Shown one piece after another: positions 20,135-30,367 of a DNA stretch of 64,000 nt (positions are counted from its first letter, which is position 1; each line of letters opens with the position of its first letter). The notes below the pieces were generated by a model, which searched no databases, had not been told where the DNA came from, and saw only the letters and a program-made list of their open reading frames with translations. Source of the stretch: a virus (Duplodnaviria > Heunggongvirae > Uroviricota > Caudoviricetes); IMG/VR virus record IMGVR_UViG_3300018488_000300. One strand, written 5' to 3'. A program made the position numbers and the translations under genes.

Positions 20135-20791
20135 TCATTTTACTGCTTTAACCCAGAAAACAACATTATGATATACATCCTGTCCCATTCCAATTACTTT
20201 ATAATAGGCTCCTGTACTTTTATTTACTAAGACCGGAGACTGAAAGGCATTGTTTTCATCTATTTCTTTGAAATAGATATCAAGAAGTCCTTTTATGGTA
20301 AGCGCTCGATTTGACATATCATCACTGCTTAAACCTTTTAAAAAGAAATAAGTTTTATCTAAATCCAGTCCTTTTCTTTTTTTTCGGCTGAAAGCTGCAT
20401 CCACAATCTTAATTTCAAGGTCCGTTCCGGAATCATCAAAAACACGGATTTTCCCACTTATATTGGGTACATCAACAAACTGAATCAGGAGTGCGATAAA
20501 CTTCATGTTTCCATCTACTTCTTTCGCAAAATCATACATATCATCTTCATATTTATAGTGGCTCCAGTCATATTCCTTACATTCTTCATTATCATATATC
20601 AATTCATCTGACCATATCTCTTGGCAGCTGACTTTATAGCATTCATCACACAACTGTATTTTAGTTGAACAACAGTCAAATGCAGAACCATAACCCAACG
20701 GTCCAAATTCTATTTTATGAATATTATCTTTCTCCTGTAAACATTTCCAACATAATTTTTCGGTTGATTTGATTGCTTTAATTTTCTCCAT
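20135..20791 (-). CDS. Hypothetical zinc-ribbon protein (218 aa)
   Basis: N-terminal CWKC...(22)...CC...C..C Cys cluster. Confidence 0.4.
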   Translation of the reverse strand: MEKIKAIKSTEKLCWKCLQEKDNIHKIEFGPLGYGSAFDCCSTKIQLCDECYKVSCQEIWSDELIYDNEECKEYDWSHYKYEDDMYDFAKEVDGNMKFIALLIQFVDVPNISGKIRVFDDSGTDLEIKIVDAAFSRKKRKGLDLDKTYFFLKGLSSDDMSNRALTIKGLLDIYFKEIDENNAFQSPVLVNKSTGAYYKVIGMGQDVYHNVVFWVKAVK

Positions 20792-20876
20792 GATTTACTC
20801 CTTCAATATTTGATAAAAATAGTATGTAATAAAAAAGAAACCAATAGGAAACTGGTTTCTTATCCTGATTATATTG

Positions 20877-21302
20877 TTATTTCATTCTGTAAAAATTAAT
20901 GGTATCATCTACTATATCAAAATATTGGATTGACTCTGCTCCATCGTACTCTGAAATAATCCATGGTTTGCTAATATCCACTGTTACGATTGACATCGTT
21001 TTAATGTGATGATATGGATTAAATTCAGACGGTATATAAAAATAGCAATCTAACTTTTCACAATGAACGATATTGTGTTCCTTTATCATTTCAGCTATGG
21101 AAGTTTCATCCATTCCGTCCAAGTTCTCTATTTTATATGCCATCTCACGTATTTTATCAATCACTCTTTCAGTTCTTTCTTGTAATGGCCCTGCCGGATT
21201 TTCATTTATTGCAGATCTAATACAAGATGGTACCGTATTAAGTCCAAAACTTGTATAAATAAGGACTTCCATTGTTTTCTTATCTTCTTTTTTATCATTC
21301 AT
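20877..21302 (-). CDS. Hypothetical protein (141 aa)
   Basis: ORF only. Confidence 0.4.
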   Translation of the reverse strand: MNDKKEDKKTMEVLIYTSFGLNTVPSCIRSAINENPAGPLQERTERVIDKIREMAYKIENLDGMDETSIAEMIKEHNIVHCEKLDCYFYIPSEFNPYHHIKTMSIVTVDISKPWIISEYDGAESIQYFDIVDDTINFYRMK

Positions 21303-21378
21303 ATATTTCTCTCCTTTTCCTTTCTAAGAATAGTATGAAAAAAAGAAACCATTGTAATCTGGTTTCTTCTTATGTAAC

Positions 21379-21561
21379 TTAGCAAAAATAATGATGGCCG
21401 ATACCTGAACGCATTTCCTCATATCGCCAATCCGGGTCACCATCATTGGGACCATGCTGATATCTCATGCCATTCAGATAGTCAGAGTTGATTTCCTGCT
21501 CTACAGCAAGTTCTTCAAAACCCATGTCGTCAATTCTTAATTCCAAGCATTCGTTACACAT
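21379..21561 (-). CDS. Small hypothetical protein (60 aa)
   Basis: ORF only. Confidence 0.25.
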   Translation of the reverse strand: MCNECLELRIDDMGFEELAVEQEINSDYLNGMRYQHGPNDGDPDWRYEEMRSGIGHHYFC

Positions 21562-21752
21562 AATGAAATCCTCCTTCTGTGGAGATTCGTGTCTCCATTC
21601 ATCAATTATTCATAGTTATTATGTGTGTTTTGGAATAAAATAATGGATTTTTTGAAATTTCTAATTTATTGCTTTCTTCTTCATTAACAGATGCAAGACC
21701 AACAATTAAGAATGGTAAAGAAAAAGGCCATAAGGCCTTTTAAATTATCTGT

Positions 21753-22334
21753 TTAAGTTGTAACGTCTATGAATCCACGTGATTTCATTCGTCTCATTTC
21801 ATCATTTGCATTTGCTTCTGTACCATAAGTTATATAAACCCAATTTTCTCCTTTTATATCTACTAATGATAGCTCTCTTTTATCATAATTCACCCAGAAA
21901 CCATGATCTACAAAATGTAAGTCCTTATCCATAAGCAGTTCGATGATTTCATTCATCTTGGATTCTAAATATTCAGGTTCGTCAATTGCCTGTTTCCATG
22001 AGAAACTTTCGTGTCTTTTTGGGTCCTGTTTACTTAAAAATTCATTAATACTTTCGATATCATCGCCATAAACACCATCATAAAGGTTCCCGCCACCATT
22101 ATTGTATATTTCATAATATATTTTAGATATGGAGATGAATACATTCATATATTCATTGTCAGTTTTGTTATAGGTGGGCATTGTTTCACTAACCTTATCT
22201 GCCCAACTTTGATATTTGCCAGCACCATCCCAATAAGTATTATTTTCTATCGGCATATTAATCTCTCCTCCACTTTCCCTGTGACATTGTTCCTGCCATA
22301 AGATACTCTGCCTCGTTTTCGATGATAGAGTCAA
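21753..22334 (-). CDS. Hypothetical protein (193 aa)
   Basis: ORF only. An overlapping 67-aa ORF (22258..22461) may be its upstream partner. Confidence 0.4.
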   Translation of the reverse strand: MTLSSKTRQSILWQEQCHRESGGEINMPIENNTYWDGAGKYQSWADKVSETMPTYNKTDNEYMNVFISISKIYYEIYNNGGGNLYDGVYGDDIESINEFLSKQDPKRHESFSWKQAIDEPEYLESKMNEIIELLMDKDLHFVDHGFWVNYDKRELSLVDIKGENWVYITYGTEANANDEMRRMKSRGFIDVTT

Positions 22335-22485
22335 AAATATCTCCTAATGCATTGTTATAAGAAATTTCAGTCTCATTTTTTGGTGCTACAATTCTCAATC
22401 CTGCACATGTACTTAAAATATTTTCATAGGCTCTTCCGTATGCCATTTTTATTTCATTCATTTTTTCTCTCGTCCTTTCTTGATT

Positions 22486-22929
22486 TTATAGAACAAATAT
22501 GCCTATAACTACTAGTCCGATGCTAAAACTAAATAAAATCAGTCCAATAATCATAAAAGTCATCTTTAATATAAGCATCTGGTCCATAGGATTATAAAAT
22601 TCTTTCGGGTTATTAGGATTAATAAAAAGTTCCACCTCTTGTCCTATCTGAAATGACTTCCTAGTTCCTCCAACATGTGAGCACCTTTGTATTCTTTGAT
22701 TGTCTACCCAATATTCATATATAGGATACCAAGACGAATTCTGATTGTAATTAACCAATGTGTCTGTTCTATTCCTTGTCATGTTAATCACTTTGGCATT
22801 TACCTTTTGGTTACAGACTCGTTTTTTGTGTTTCATAACTTTTGATAAACCAATCGATATTCCAAAAAAAATGATTCCAACAAGTAAACATATAATTGCA
22901 ATAGGGTATAGTATATATTGTGTTTCCAT
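22486..22929 (-). CDS. Membrane protein (147 aa), DUF3592-like topology
   Basis: Transmembrane segments at both ends around a soluble core. Confidence 0.4.
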   Translation of the reverse strand: METQYILYPIAIICLLVGIIFFGISIGLSKVMKHKKRVCNQKVNAKVINMTRNRTDTLVNYNQNSSWYPIYEYWVDNQRIQRCSHVGGTRKSFQIGQEVELFINPNNPKEFYNPMDQMLILKMTFMIIGLILFSFSIGLVVIGIFVL

Positions 22930-22943
22930 ATCATTCCTTTCCT

Positions 22944-23738
22944 TTAAATGGATTCTGAATTTTTAATACATTCATCCAGATATTCAGCAATAGCATTATT
23001 TAATGTCAATAAATCTTTTTCTCCCATTTCCAGGATGTAAGCTTTCTGAGCTCCATAATTAAGGTATGGAATAATCGTATAGAACCATCTGTCTATCTTT
23101 CCATTTTCTTCTCCTTCTGGATCTCTGAAATATGATTTGCGTGCTCTTTTTATTTTCCATTCGGCTCCATCACCTAATGTTATTAGTGTTACATCATCTT
23201 TTACAGTCTTACAATCCCTCAGCGTTACACAGGTCAGTCTTGCTTCGTCTTTATAACTGGTATCCTGTAGCCATAAATACAAATAACAATTTAGATTTAA
23301 TAAACTACTACATTCATCACAACTGCACTCGAATACCATTTCAGGAGCTCTATTTTCTTCTCGCATAAACTCGTTTTGATATAAAATAGCAAATGATAAA
23401 TATTCTTTGTAATAATTATCCCAGCTTTTAGGACATCGATAATCAAATCCATGAACAGATGACTGCCTGGGATAAAACCTAACGGTTTCATCTCCTAATT
23501 TTGCATCGATATGGTGCTTTTTATGTCTGTACCAATATTTCAACCGTTGTTCCCATATGGATAGAATATCTCCATCTCTTTCTAAAGCCAATCTTCGGAA
23601 CATTGTTTCTTTTGATGCAGCTAAATTCAAAGCAACCGTAATCCTTACTTCTTTATTTGAAAAATCAGCATACTCATCCAATCGTTCTGGATCTGTTGTA
23701 AGTTCTAATTTTTCTAATAATTCATCTAGTTCTAACAT
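22944..23738 (-). CDS. Hypothetical protein (264 aa)
   Basis: ORF only. Cys pairs CSCDEC. Confidence 0.4.
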   Translation of the reverse strand: MLELDELLEKLELTTDPERLDEYADFSNKEVRITVALNLAASKETMFRRLALERDGDILSIWEQRLKYWYRHKKHHIDAKLGDETVRFYPRQSSVHGFDYRCPKSWDNYYKEYLSFAILYQNEFMREENRAPEMVFECSCDECSSLLNLNCYLYLWLQDTSYKDEARLTCVTLRDCKTVKDDVTLITLGDGAEWKIKRARKSYFRDPEGEENGKIDRWFYTIIPYLNYGAQKAYILEMGEKDLLTLNNAIAEYLDECIKNSESI

Positions 23739-23798
23739 AAGTTCTCCTTTCGAAAAAACGCTGCTCTAACCTTTAAGATTAAGCCGCGTTTCTATTCA

Positions 23799-24173
23799 CT
23801 ATTTTGCAAACTGTTTTTTCATAACAAGTTCAAAAAGTTTCAAAGCTGATTTCGCCTGTCCTTTAATTAAAACATTCAATTTTTTGATTGCAACTTTCTT
23901 TCCTTCTTTTTCATCAGGAGTATCATCTTCGTGGCAGATAGCTGTTGCAACCAGCTTATCATGAACAAGATAGCGTTTTTTTGAAAGGAGCCATTCCGGA
24001 TCTACAAAAGGATATCGTTTCAAAATAAGATTGATTCCATCTAGCTCATGTCCTTCTTCAATTGCAGTTGTTTTTCTTCCATCACTTGATACGTAAAAAC
24101 GCAAAGTTTTTACTTCTTCTTTCATACTTTTCTCAATTCCTAAATCAAAAATTGTTTCAAGTCCAATTCCCAT
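23799..24173 (-). CDS. Hypothetical protein (124 aa)
   Basis: ORF only. Confidence 0.4.
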   Translation of the reverse strand: MGIGLETIFDLGIEKSMKEEVKTLRFYVSSDGRKTTAIEEGHELDGINLILKRYPFVDPEWLLSKKRYLVHDKLVATAICHEDDTPDEKEGKKVAIKKLNVLIKGQAKSALKLFELVMKKQFAK

Positions 24174-24242
24174 TTTAATTTTCTCCTTTAATGTTTATTA
24201 TCATTACTATTATGTATTGAATGTTAGCCAAACAATAATTAT

Positions 24243-24630
24243 GTTTCTTCGAGAATATCCTTCACAAACTCGATAATGTCTTTTAGTTCACCTAACACTT
24301 CCATGATGCCATATGCATGACTTGTACTATATGCCCGATCCCAAATTTTTTTGCAGCTTTTTCGCTAATCTCATAACCTACCATCTCCTGGATTTTTTTA
24401 TAGATATCCTTATTAATGGTATCCCGTACCTTATTCTTTTCACGATTTAACCTGGCTACTTCCTCCTGATATTTTTGATGATTAATCTCAACTTGTTCCC
24501 GGTTCCATTTAACACTTCTATCTTCATCCGTGATATAATCTTTAGGGAGTTTCCTGAAACTAGGTTTGGTTGGCATTTTTTGCATTAATTCAAAATCTAA
24601 TTGAATATTTTCCCAACTTTTAGTCGCCAT
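24243..24630 (-). CDS. Hypothetical protein; likely A7/A8 homopolymer frameshift near 24345 (listed ORF 24292..24630)
   Basis: After gct gca aaa aaa the +1 frame continues as ...KKIWDRAYSTSHAYGIMEVLGELKDIIEFVKDILEET*, a more protein-like tail than the listed ...FGIGHIVQVMHMASWKC*. Confidence 0.35.
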
Positions 24631-24679
24631 ATTAATATTCTCCTTTTTATCTATTTTCTTTAATATGCACTAAAACGTA

Positions 24680-24706
24680 ATAAAATAAAAAGAGGATGAA
24701 TCCTCT
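24680..24706 (-). terminator. Intrinsic terminator
   Basis: agaggatgaatcctct hairpin with a T-run on the minus strand. Confidence 0.55.
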
Positions 24707-24744
24707 TTTTAAATGAGTTAAAATTGATTTTGGATATTTATCTG

Positions 24745-25338
24745 TTAGTTACATGACTGTTCCACATCTTCATAAAATTTCATCCATTTAAATCGGTCAG
24801 CCTCTGAGTTTCCAAAGAAGTATGGAAACAGTTCATTTGTTGTTGTAAAATAATAATTATGATATTCACCATCCTTTAAAAACATCACACCATCTTTATG
24901 TATTTCATCTTTTAGTTCTTTGAAATATTTATATGCTTTTTTATTGCCAAACATTTGTCGGAATGTAATCTGCTTAATCCCTATTTCTTTTAGTTCGTGT
25001 ATGTAATCAAGACACTGTTCTTTTGTTATTTTGCTATCAACAACTTGGATAACTCTAATTTGAACAATATCCCGTATCTCCGGATATTGTTTCTTTAAGT
25101 GATCCATTGCTTCTTTATCATAATACTCAACAGATAAAGCTATTTTCCGAAAAAATTTTAGAATATCTTTATTGTCTGGCAAGATCCTTGTATGGATATC
25201 CATCTTTTTCCCGTATTTGGAAGCAATGTCATGTACTTTCATATAAAAATCTTTTTGGTTCTCCCAATTAAAAAACGGATCTCCTCCACCAGATAAATTC
25301 ACAGTTGGCGCAACTGATGTTGAAATACAATCTTCCAA
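24745..25338 (-). CDS. Radical-SAM-like fragment lacking the CxxxCxxC cluster (possibly N-terminally truncated)
   Basis: Begins ...VNLSGGGDPFFNW (radical SAM GGE-type SAM-binding motif) but has no upstream Cys triad. Stop codons lie just upstream in frame. Confidence 0.3.
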   Translation of the reverse strand: MEDCISTSVAPTVNLSGGGDPFFNWENQKDFYMKVHDIASKYGKKMDIHTRILPDNKDILKFFRKIALSVEYYDKEAMDHLKKQYPEIRDIVQIRVIQVVDSKITKEQCLDYIHELKEIGIKQITFRQMFGNKKAYKYFKELKDEIHKDGVMFLKDGEYHNYYFTTTNELFPYFFGNSEADRFKWMKFYEDVEQSCN

Positions 25339-25375
25339 ATAGAATGATTTCTATGCTTAGTTATGCTGTATTCCA

Positions 25376-25399
25376 ATAAAAAAGAGTCATTAAGACTCT
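25376..25399 (-). terminator. Intrinsic terminator
   Basis: agagtcattaagactct hairpin with a T-run. Confidence 0.55.
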
Positions 25400-25401
25400 C
25401 T

Positions 25402-26613
25402 TTATTCCAAAGCACATAATGCTTCATCAAATATTCTCTCTGGTTTATATTCATTCACTTTATCTAATACCATTTCAGGAACTCCATAATACGCACCAGC
25501 AATACTTCCGGCAATCGCGCCTATTGTGTCTGTATCACCTTTAAATGAAAGAACATTATTGATTGTTGATTCATATGAATCAGAATTATAAAAACATATA
25601 ACAGCGGCAGGTATAGAAAATTGGCATGTCGCATCCGATTTCATAGGAGTAATAGGATTTTTTATTTCATCTAAAGAAAATTCCGAAAAACCATAGACTC
25701 CTCTATAATGTTTCATCATATATTTGTAAATCTGTTCTTTACTGTATCCTTTTCTTGCCATCCAAATAGAGACTGCTGTAATAACAGCTCCCTTAATCCC
25801 TTCTGGGTGGTTGTGTGTAGCTGCTGCGCTAGCAACCGCATATAAAATTACATCTTTTATATCATCGAACCAGGCACCTATTGGTGACACACGCATTCCT
25901 GAACCATTTCCATAGCTGCCATATGGTGTATCATAATTATAAATAGCCCAATGATAAAAACCTGGTCCATATCCTTGCCCTGGAAATTCCAATGTATATT
26001 TCCTGTAGGCTTCTACAAATGGATTTTTAATGAACGGATATGTAGATTCCTGCTTATAATCATTTAAATTGAATTTTCTCTGTTCAAGCTCCAGAACAGA
26101 CTGTCTGATTACGGATGCCGTGGCACATGTTAGGACTGTATCATCTGTAAACATACTTCCTTCAATGACGCAATTATCGATTGTAAGATTTTCACGTTCA
26201 TCCGTGTTAAGTGTGAATTCATATTGGCTTCCAGCAATATCTCCAAATACTGTTCCGTATAAGATTTCTTTTACATATGGCTTTGCTGATTCTTCTGGAC
26301 ATCCATATGGAATATATTTAGAAATAAGAAATTTCATATCAATAATGTAAATTGAATTTTCCAATATTTTTTCAATATCACATTCTTTGATATTTCCTTT
26401 CAAGGATTCATCAATCACTAATTTTACACTGTCTGGTGATGCGCCTGAAATCAAAGCGTTTCTTGCTGCTTCCATTTCATATGGTTTAATTTGCGGATAA
26501 GCATAAGAGGTTGTATCGATTCCTAAATCCTTTCCTTTTTGTATTTCATCTAACTGCCAACCATTAAATTGCTTGTTGGAACATTTTTTCCTTTTAAATA
26601 TATCTAAGAACAT
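25402..26613 (-). CDS. ADP-ribosylglycohydrolase family protein (DraG/ARH-like) with N-terminal extension
   Basis: GTVFGDIAGSQYEF (GDxxG) early and C-terminal KGDTDTIGAIAGSIAGAYYG, the ARH signature. Confidence 0.6.
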   Translation of the reverse strand: MFLDIFKRKKCSNKQFNGWQLDEIQKGKDLGIDTTSYAYPQIKPYEMEAARNALISGASPDSVKLVIDESLKGNIKECDIEKILENSIYIIDMKFLISKYIPYGCPEESAKPYVKEILYGTVFGDIAGSQYEFTLNTDERENLTIDNCVIEGSMFTDDTVLTCATASVIRQSVLELEQRKFNLNDYKQESTYPFIKNPFVEAYRKYTLEFPGQGYGPGFYHWAIYNYDTPYGSYGNGSGMRVSPIGAWFDDIKDVILYAVASAAATHNHPEGIKGAVITAVSIWMARKGYSKEQIYKYMMKHYRGVYGFSEFSLDEIKNPITPMKSDATCQFSIPAAVICFYNSDSYESTINNVLSFKGDTDTIGAIAGSIAGAYYGVPEMVLDKVNEYKPERIFDEALCALE

Positions 26614-26695
26614 AAACTACTCCTTTTTATTTTTAGTATGCTATTTTACAAAAAAAACTGATTATTAGTCAGCTCTTTGTAAACGTAATAGTTAC

Positions 26696-27156
26696 TCACC
26701 CAATATATTTCTCAAACCGCACTTTTGCTTTCTCATAATCCCAGTTGCCATCAAAGTATGGATTCCATGACCAGTAATCGAAATGTGAATCAAGCCAATC
26801 TTCATCCATGTTATGGATGGCTTCTCCGCCCACGGTGTAATCGATAATAATGTTTGTGGCAACAATCACACCTAACCTTCTTAAGTCCTGGGCAAAGTCT
26901 ATATACTCAAGCGTTCCTTTGATATCTCGATTCATTGCAGACAACACATTGGTATCATTACTCTGGATTGGACAATGTAAGATTTTAAGAAGACCCTTTT
27001 TCGCAATGTGTATAAGATCATTCCTACACGCATTTGCGATTTGAGGTTCCACATTTCTAAGAGATATTGTTTTATCATATCTATCCGCAAGATGACACCA
27101 ATCATGTATTTGTTTTACTGTTGGACTATCACTGATTAAGACAATATTGTCATGCG
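26696..27156 (-). pseudogene. C-terminal fragment of a radical-SAM methylthiotransferase (MiaB/RimO family) interrupted by an IS element
   Basis: Frame open from the IS boundary: THDNIVLISDSPTVKQIHDWCHLADRYDKTISLRNVEPQIANACRNDLIHIAKKGLLKILHCPIQSNDTNVLSAMNRDIKGTLEYIDFAQDLRRLGVIVATNIIIDY... (MTTase LH.P.QSGSD..L..M.R block). Abuts the IS right end at ~27157. Confidence 0.5.
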
Positions 27157-28700
27157 TGAAGTCTCACACGACTGAAGGCGCGTGCTTCTGTAAGCCTTTA
27201 GGACTTACTACATTATCCTGAATATAGCCTGAACTTAGTACTTAAAGAGCTAACTCTTTTAGTACCACATTTAGGTTAATTAGCGAGGATAAAGTACAGG
27301 TACTTCTCTTACTTAATTGAGGAACTTTTGCCTCAATCAGTAACCTATCCCTTTCGGGTAAGGATTTTATAATTTCTCGTATATAATATCGGGCTCCGAT
27401 ATTATAGGCGGCATTTAGGTCGGTATGATACTCTTTTCCTGTCTGGAATGTACAAAGGCTATAGTTGTTCTTATGCCTTTGTACAAATCCGGAGCCATCG
27501 AAGGCCAACACACTGGTATATTTCGGATTTACCCTTGAAATTCGGATTCCTTCTCTATGAGCCTTATGTGTTACCATAGCCTGAACGGCCTGCTTCCTCC
27601 ATAAATGAAGCCGCTGTCTCTTAGAACCTTGCTTCTTACCAACGAAGTGAAAAGCTTTAGATTTTCCCTTCATATCCAGATGTTCAAATATAATTACATC
27701 CACATGGTATTCCAAAGCACATTCTATAATTGCATTTGCTGTCATCTCTGAGATATGTCTGTTTGTATGATTTGTAAATATCCAGGTTTTCCTAGCCTTG
27801 TAATTTCCATGCTGCTGCTGTTTCTTGATACGGTTAATCTGATGATTCAGCCGGTCTTTTTCTATCGGATAGGATAAGACCCTCCTTCCAATGACAGTTC
27901 CGTCTGATAACATCGCTGTACAAGCTGCAGCATTGTTAATTCCAAGGTCTACTGACAGGATGATCCTGGTTTCAATTGGTTCCTCCGACAAAGTAACAGA
28001 TTCTTCATAAGAGAATCGTAAAGAAGTGGATTTACCTTTCAGCTCTAGCGCTGGAGAGCCTTCTTTTAATCCATTACAGTGATGTTTGATATAGTCTATA
28101 TCACTTTTTCTGAATGTTACTGGCAGCCACACCCAATCTTTTTGATGATAAATTTTTATTTCGGCAGAATAATCATTCAACCGGTTATAGGTGTTCTTTT
28201 TATAGAACACAGGCATGAGGTTTCGATTGAGCGTTAGTTTTGGTTTCTTTGTGGATTGATCCGACTTCTCCCAGTTGTTTAAAGCTGACTGATAAGAAGA
28301 GTACGATCCAATTGCAGATTGGATAACAGCTCTTCTTAAATAACTTGGAAACTTATAAAACGCAGAGTCAAAGTCATATTTAGGACTGGGATTTAGAATT
28401 GTCTTGTGGGTAAGTTTTTCTAATGCACCATTCTTCTGCTTCCCTGACAAAGAAACAAGATTCTCCCATTCAGAATCGAGGACCTGTATGAAGAACGTAA
28501 CTGCCTGTTGATATATCTTTACTGTATCGTTAAAAATCTGGTTGTAGTTTTTAATCTTAACTGCATAGGATGAAATGATCTTCATGCAGATCCTCCTTTC
28601 CCTACTAAATATTATAATGCAATTTTTGAATTTGTTAACCAGCTAACTCATCACTAAAGTAACGAGTATGCGCTGGTCTATTAATCAAAAATTCATCTAT
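27157..28700 (-). mobile_element. IS200/IS605-family tnpB-only element, copy A (inserted in the MTTase gene)
   Basis: Ends defined by alignment with the degraded copy at 51614..53125. Subterminal hairpin motif near the right end. No tnpA. Confidence 0.6.
27242..28585 (-). CDS. tnpB: TnpB/OrfB-like protein (RuvC-like nuclease), zinc-finger cysteines absent
   Basis: RuvC triad context ILSVDLGINNAA, FEHLDMKG, HTDLNAAYNIGARYY. The usual CxxC...CxxC segment is replaced by TSVLAFDGSG...SLCTFQTGKEYH. Confidence 0.7.
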   Translation of the reverse strand: MKIISSYAVKIKNYNQIFNDTVKIYQQAVTFFIQVLDSEWENLVSLSGKQKNGALEKLTHKTILNPSPKYDFDSAFYKFPSYLRRAVIQSAIGSYSSYQSALNNWEKSDQSTKKPKLTLNRNLMPVFYKKNTYNRLNDYSAEIKIYHQKDWVWLPVTFRKSDIDYIKHHCNGLKEGSPALELKGKSTSLRFSYEESVTLSEEPIETRIILSVDLGINNAAACTAMLSDGTVIGRRVLSYPIEKDRLNHQINRIKKQQQHGNYKARKTWIFTNHTNRHISEMTANAIIECALEYHVDVIIFEHLDMKGKSKAFHFVGKKQGSKRQRLHLWRKQAVQAMVTHKAHREGIRISRVNPKYTSVLAFDGSGFVQRHKNNYSLCTFQTGKEYHTDLNAAYNIGARYYIREIIKSLPERDRLLIEAKVPQLSKRSTCTLSSLINLNVVLKELAL

Positions 28701-29066
28701 TTGCAGATAAGCGTCCGTTTCATAGGTTTCACCTCTTGTATCTCTTATCGTACAGTATTTACATTTTCCATGACATCCTGCTCCAATCTTTAGCGGATAC
28801 ATATGACGGAATAAATTTCCCGTAGCAAGTTCATCCTTTTCGTCACCTTTTAAGTCCTCATTCCAAAACGGCTTTTTATAATCGATAAATCCATTGACAT
28901 ATTTTGAGTCTTCATATTCCTTTCTTATAACATCAAGCCTTCTTATATATTCCGGAAGTTCAATATCAAACCTTTGAGCTAAACACCCTCCCATATAAAT
29001 AGGAATATTTGGGTATCTTTCATGCAATTCTTCTGCTGTTTTTAAATCATTTTGAACTACTCCCAC
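28635..29066 (-). pseudogene. N-terminal/middle fragment of the radical-SAM MTTase (contains CxxxCxxC); last ~20 codons read into the IS left end
   Basis: IPIYMGGCLAQR (MTTase N-domain third Cys) and KIGAGCHGKCKYCTIRDTRG (radical SAM Cys triad). The frame ends inside IS-derived sequence shared with copy C. Confidence 0.55.
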
Positions 29067-30367
29067 TTATAGAAGTGAGAGATTCCTATTTCATCGAGTC
29101 TGCTTTGTAACAGCTGAATTAGTCACAAAGTCTTACAGGCTCTCTATGGGCAATCTGGGTCGTCCCAACCCTTCTTTTATTAAATAGTTACCAATCTTAA
29201 TCCTTCGGCTAAGATATTTATTGCGCTATTCTTGTCTCTGTTATGTCTGGTTCCACATTCAGGGCAAGTCCAGTTTCTAATACTTAAATCCTTAAGTTTC
29301 GGATTCTTATATACACAACTACTGCAGATCTGGCTGGACGAAAAGAAACGGCCCACCTTTACAATTTGCTTTCCATACCATTCGGCTTTATATGTAAGTT
29401 GTCTTACAAACTCAGACCAGGATACATCCGCTATGTTTCTGGATAATTTATGATTTTTCATCATACCGGAGACATTTAAGTCCTCGATGCAGATAATATC
29501 ATAATCTCTAATCATCTGAGTACTAAGCTTATGTAGGAAATCCTTTCGCTTATTCGATATCTTCTCCTGCTGCCTGGCTACTTTAATCCTGGCCTTGTGA
29601 TAACGGCTGCTGCCAATTGTTTTTCTTGACAGAGATCGTTGTAGTCTGGCCAGTTTCTTTAAGTCCTGCTGCAGATATTTCGGATTTTTGATAGATTCAG
29701 TTTCATCTGAAAAAATCAAAAAATCCTTTATCCCTAGATCACAGCCAACCGATTTGCCTGTTTTGGGTATGGATGTCACTTCTGCTTCTGTACAGCACAC
29801 AGATACATAATATTTACCGGAGGCTGTCTGACTTACAGTCGCTGACAAGATTCGGCCAGTAATTGGTCTGGATACTTTCGTCCTTACGTTGCCTAACTTT
29901 GGCAGTTTAATATGCTTTTCCAGAAGAGAAATATTCCCATTCGTGTATTTTGAGGTATAGGAATGCTGGTGCGTCTTCCTCGATTTAAACTTAGGAAATC
30001 CAGCTTTCGGCTGTTCAAAGAAATTCTTGAAGGCAGTATCCAGATTCTTTAAGGAGCTTTGAAGAGTTGTGGAGTCCACATCATTTAGCCACTCATATCC
30101 AGGCTGTTTCTTAAGCTTTGTTAAGTCAGCGCTGCATTTCGTATAGCTCAGTGTAGTTTTATCTTCCTCATAGGTTTTAATACGCTTATCCAGGTAATGA
30201 TTATATACAAATCGGACACATCCGAAAGTTTGAGTCAATATCTGCTTCTGTGATTTATTCGGATAGATGCGGTATTTATAGGACTTTTCCATAGCTGCTC
30301 CTTTCCTAGATTTTACATAGATATTATGGTCCGATTTTTATGATTTGACAACTAAATCGGTTAATTT
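29067..30367 (-). mobile_element. Second, unrelated IS200/IS605-family tnpB-only element (copy B) also inside the MTTase locus
   Basis: tnpB 29180..30292 is flanked by a stop-bounded MTTase fragment on one side and a possible MTTase N-terminal remnant (30368..30475, ...VVLGCQVTDLAIYLKN...) on the other. Boundaries approximate. Confidence 0.45.
29180..30292 (-). CDS. tnpB: TnpB (IS605 OrfB) RNA-guided-nuclease-family protein with intact zinc finger
   Basis: N-terminal OrfB_IS605 region [15 protein letters not shown]..., RuvC motifs GCDLGIKDF and [10 protein letters not shown]-terminal CSSCVYKN...[20 protein letters not shown]. Confidence 0.8.
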   Translation of the reverse strand: MEKSYKYRIYPNKSQKQILTQTFGCVRFVYNHYLDKRIKTYEEDKTTLSYTKCSADLTKLKKQPGYEWLNDVDSTTLQSSLKNLDTAFKNFFEQPKAGFPKFKSRKTHQHSYTSKYTNGNISLLEKHIKLPKLGNVRTKVSRPITGRILSATVSQTASGKYYVSVCCTEAEVTSIPKTGKSVGCDLGIKDFLIFSDETESIKNPKYLQQDLKKLARLQRSLSRKTIGSSRYHKARIKVARQQEKISNKRKDFLHKLSTQMIRDYDIICIEDLNVSGMMKNHKLSRNIADVSWSEFVRQLTYKAEWYGKQIVKVGRFFSSSQICSSCVYKNPKLKDLSIRNWTCPECGTRHNRDKNSAINILAEGLRLVTI

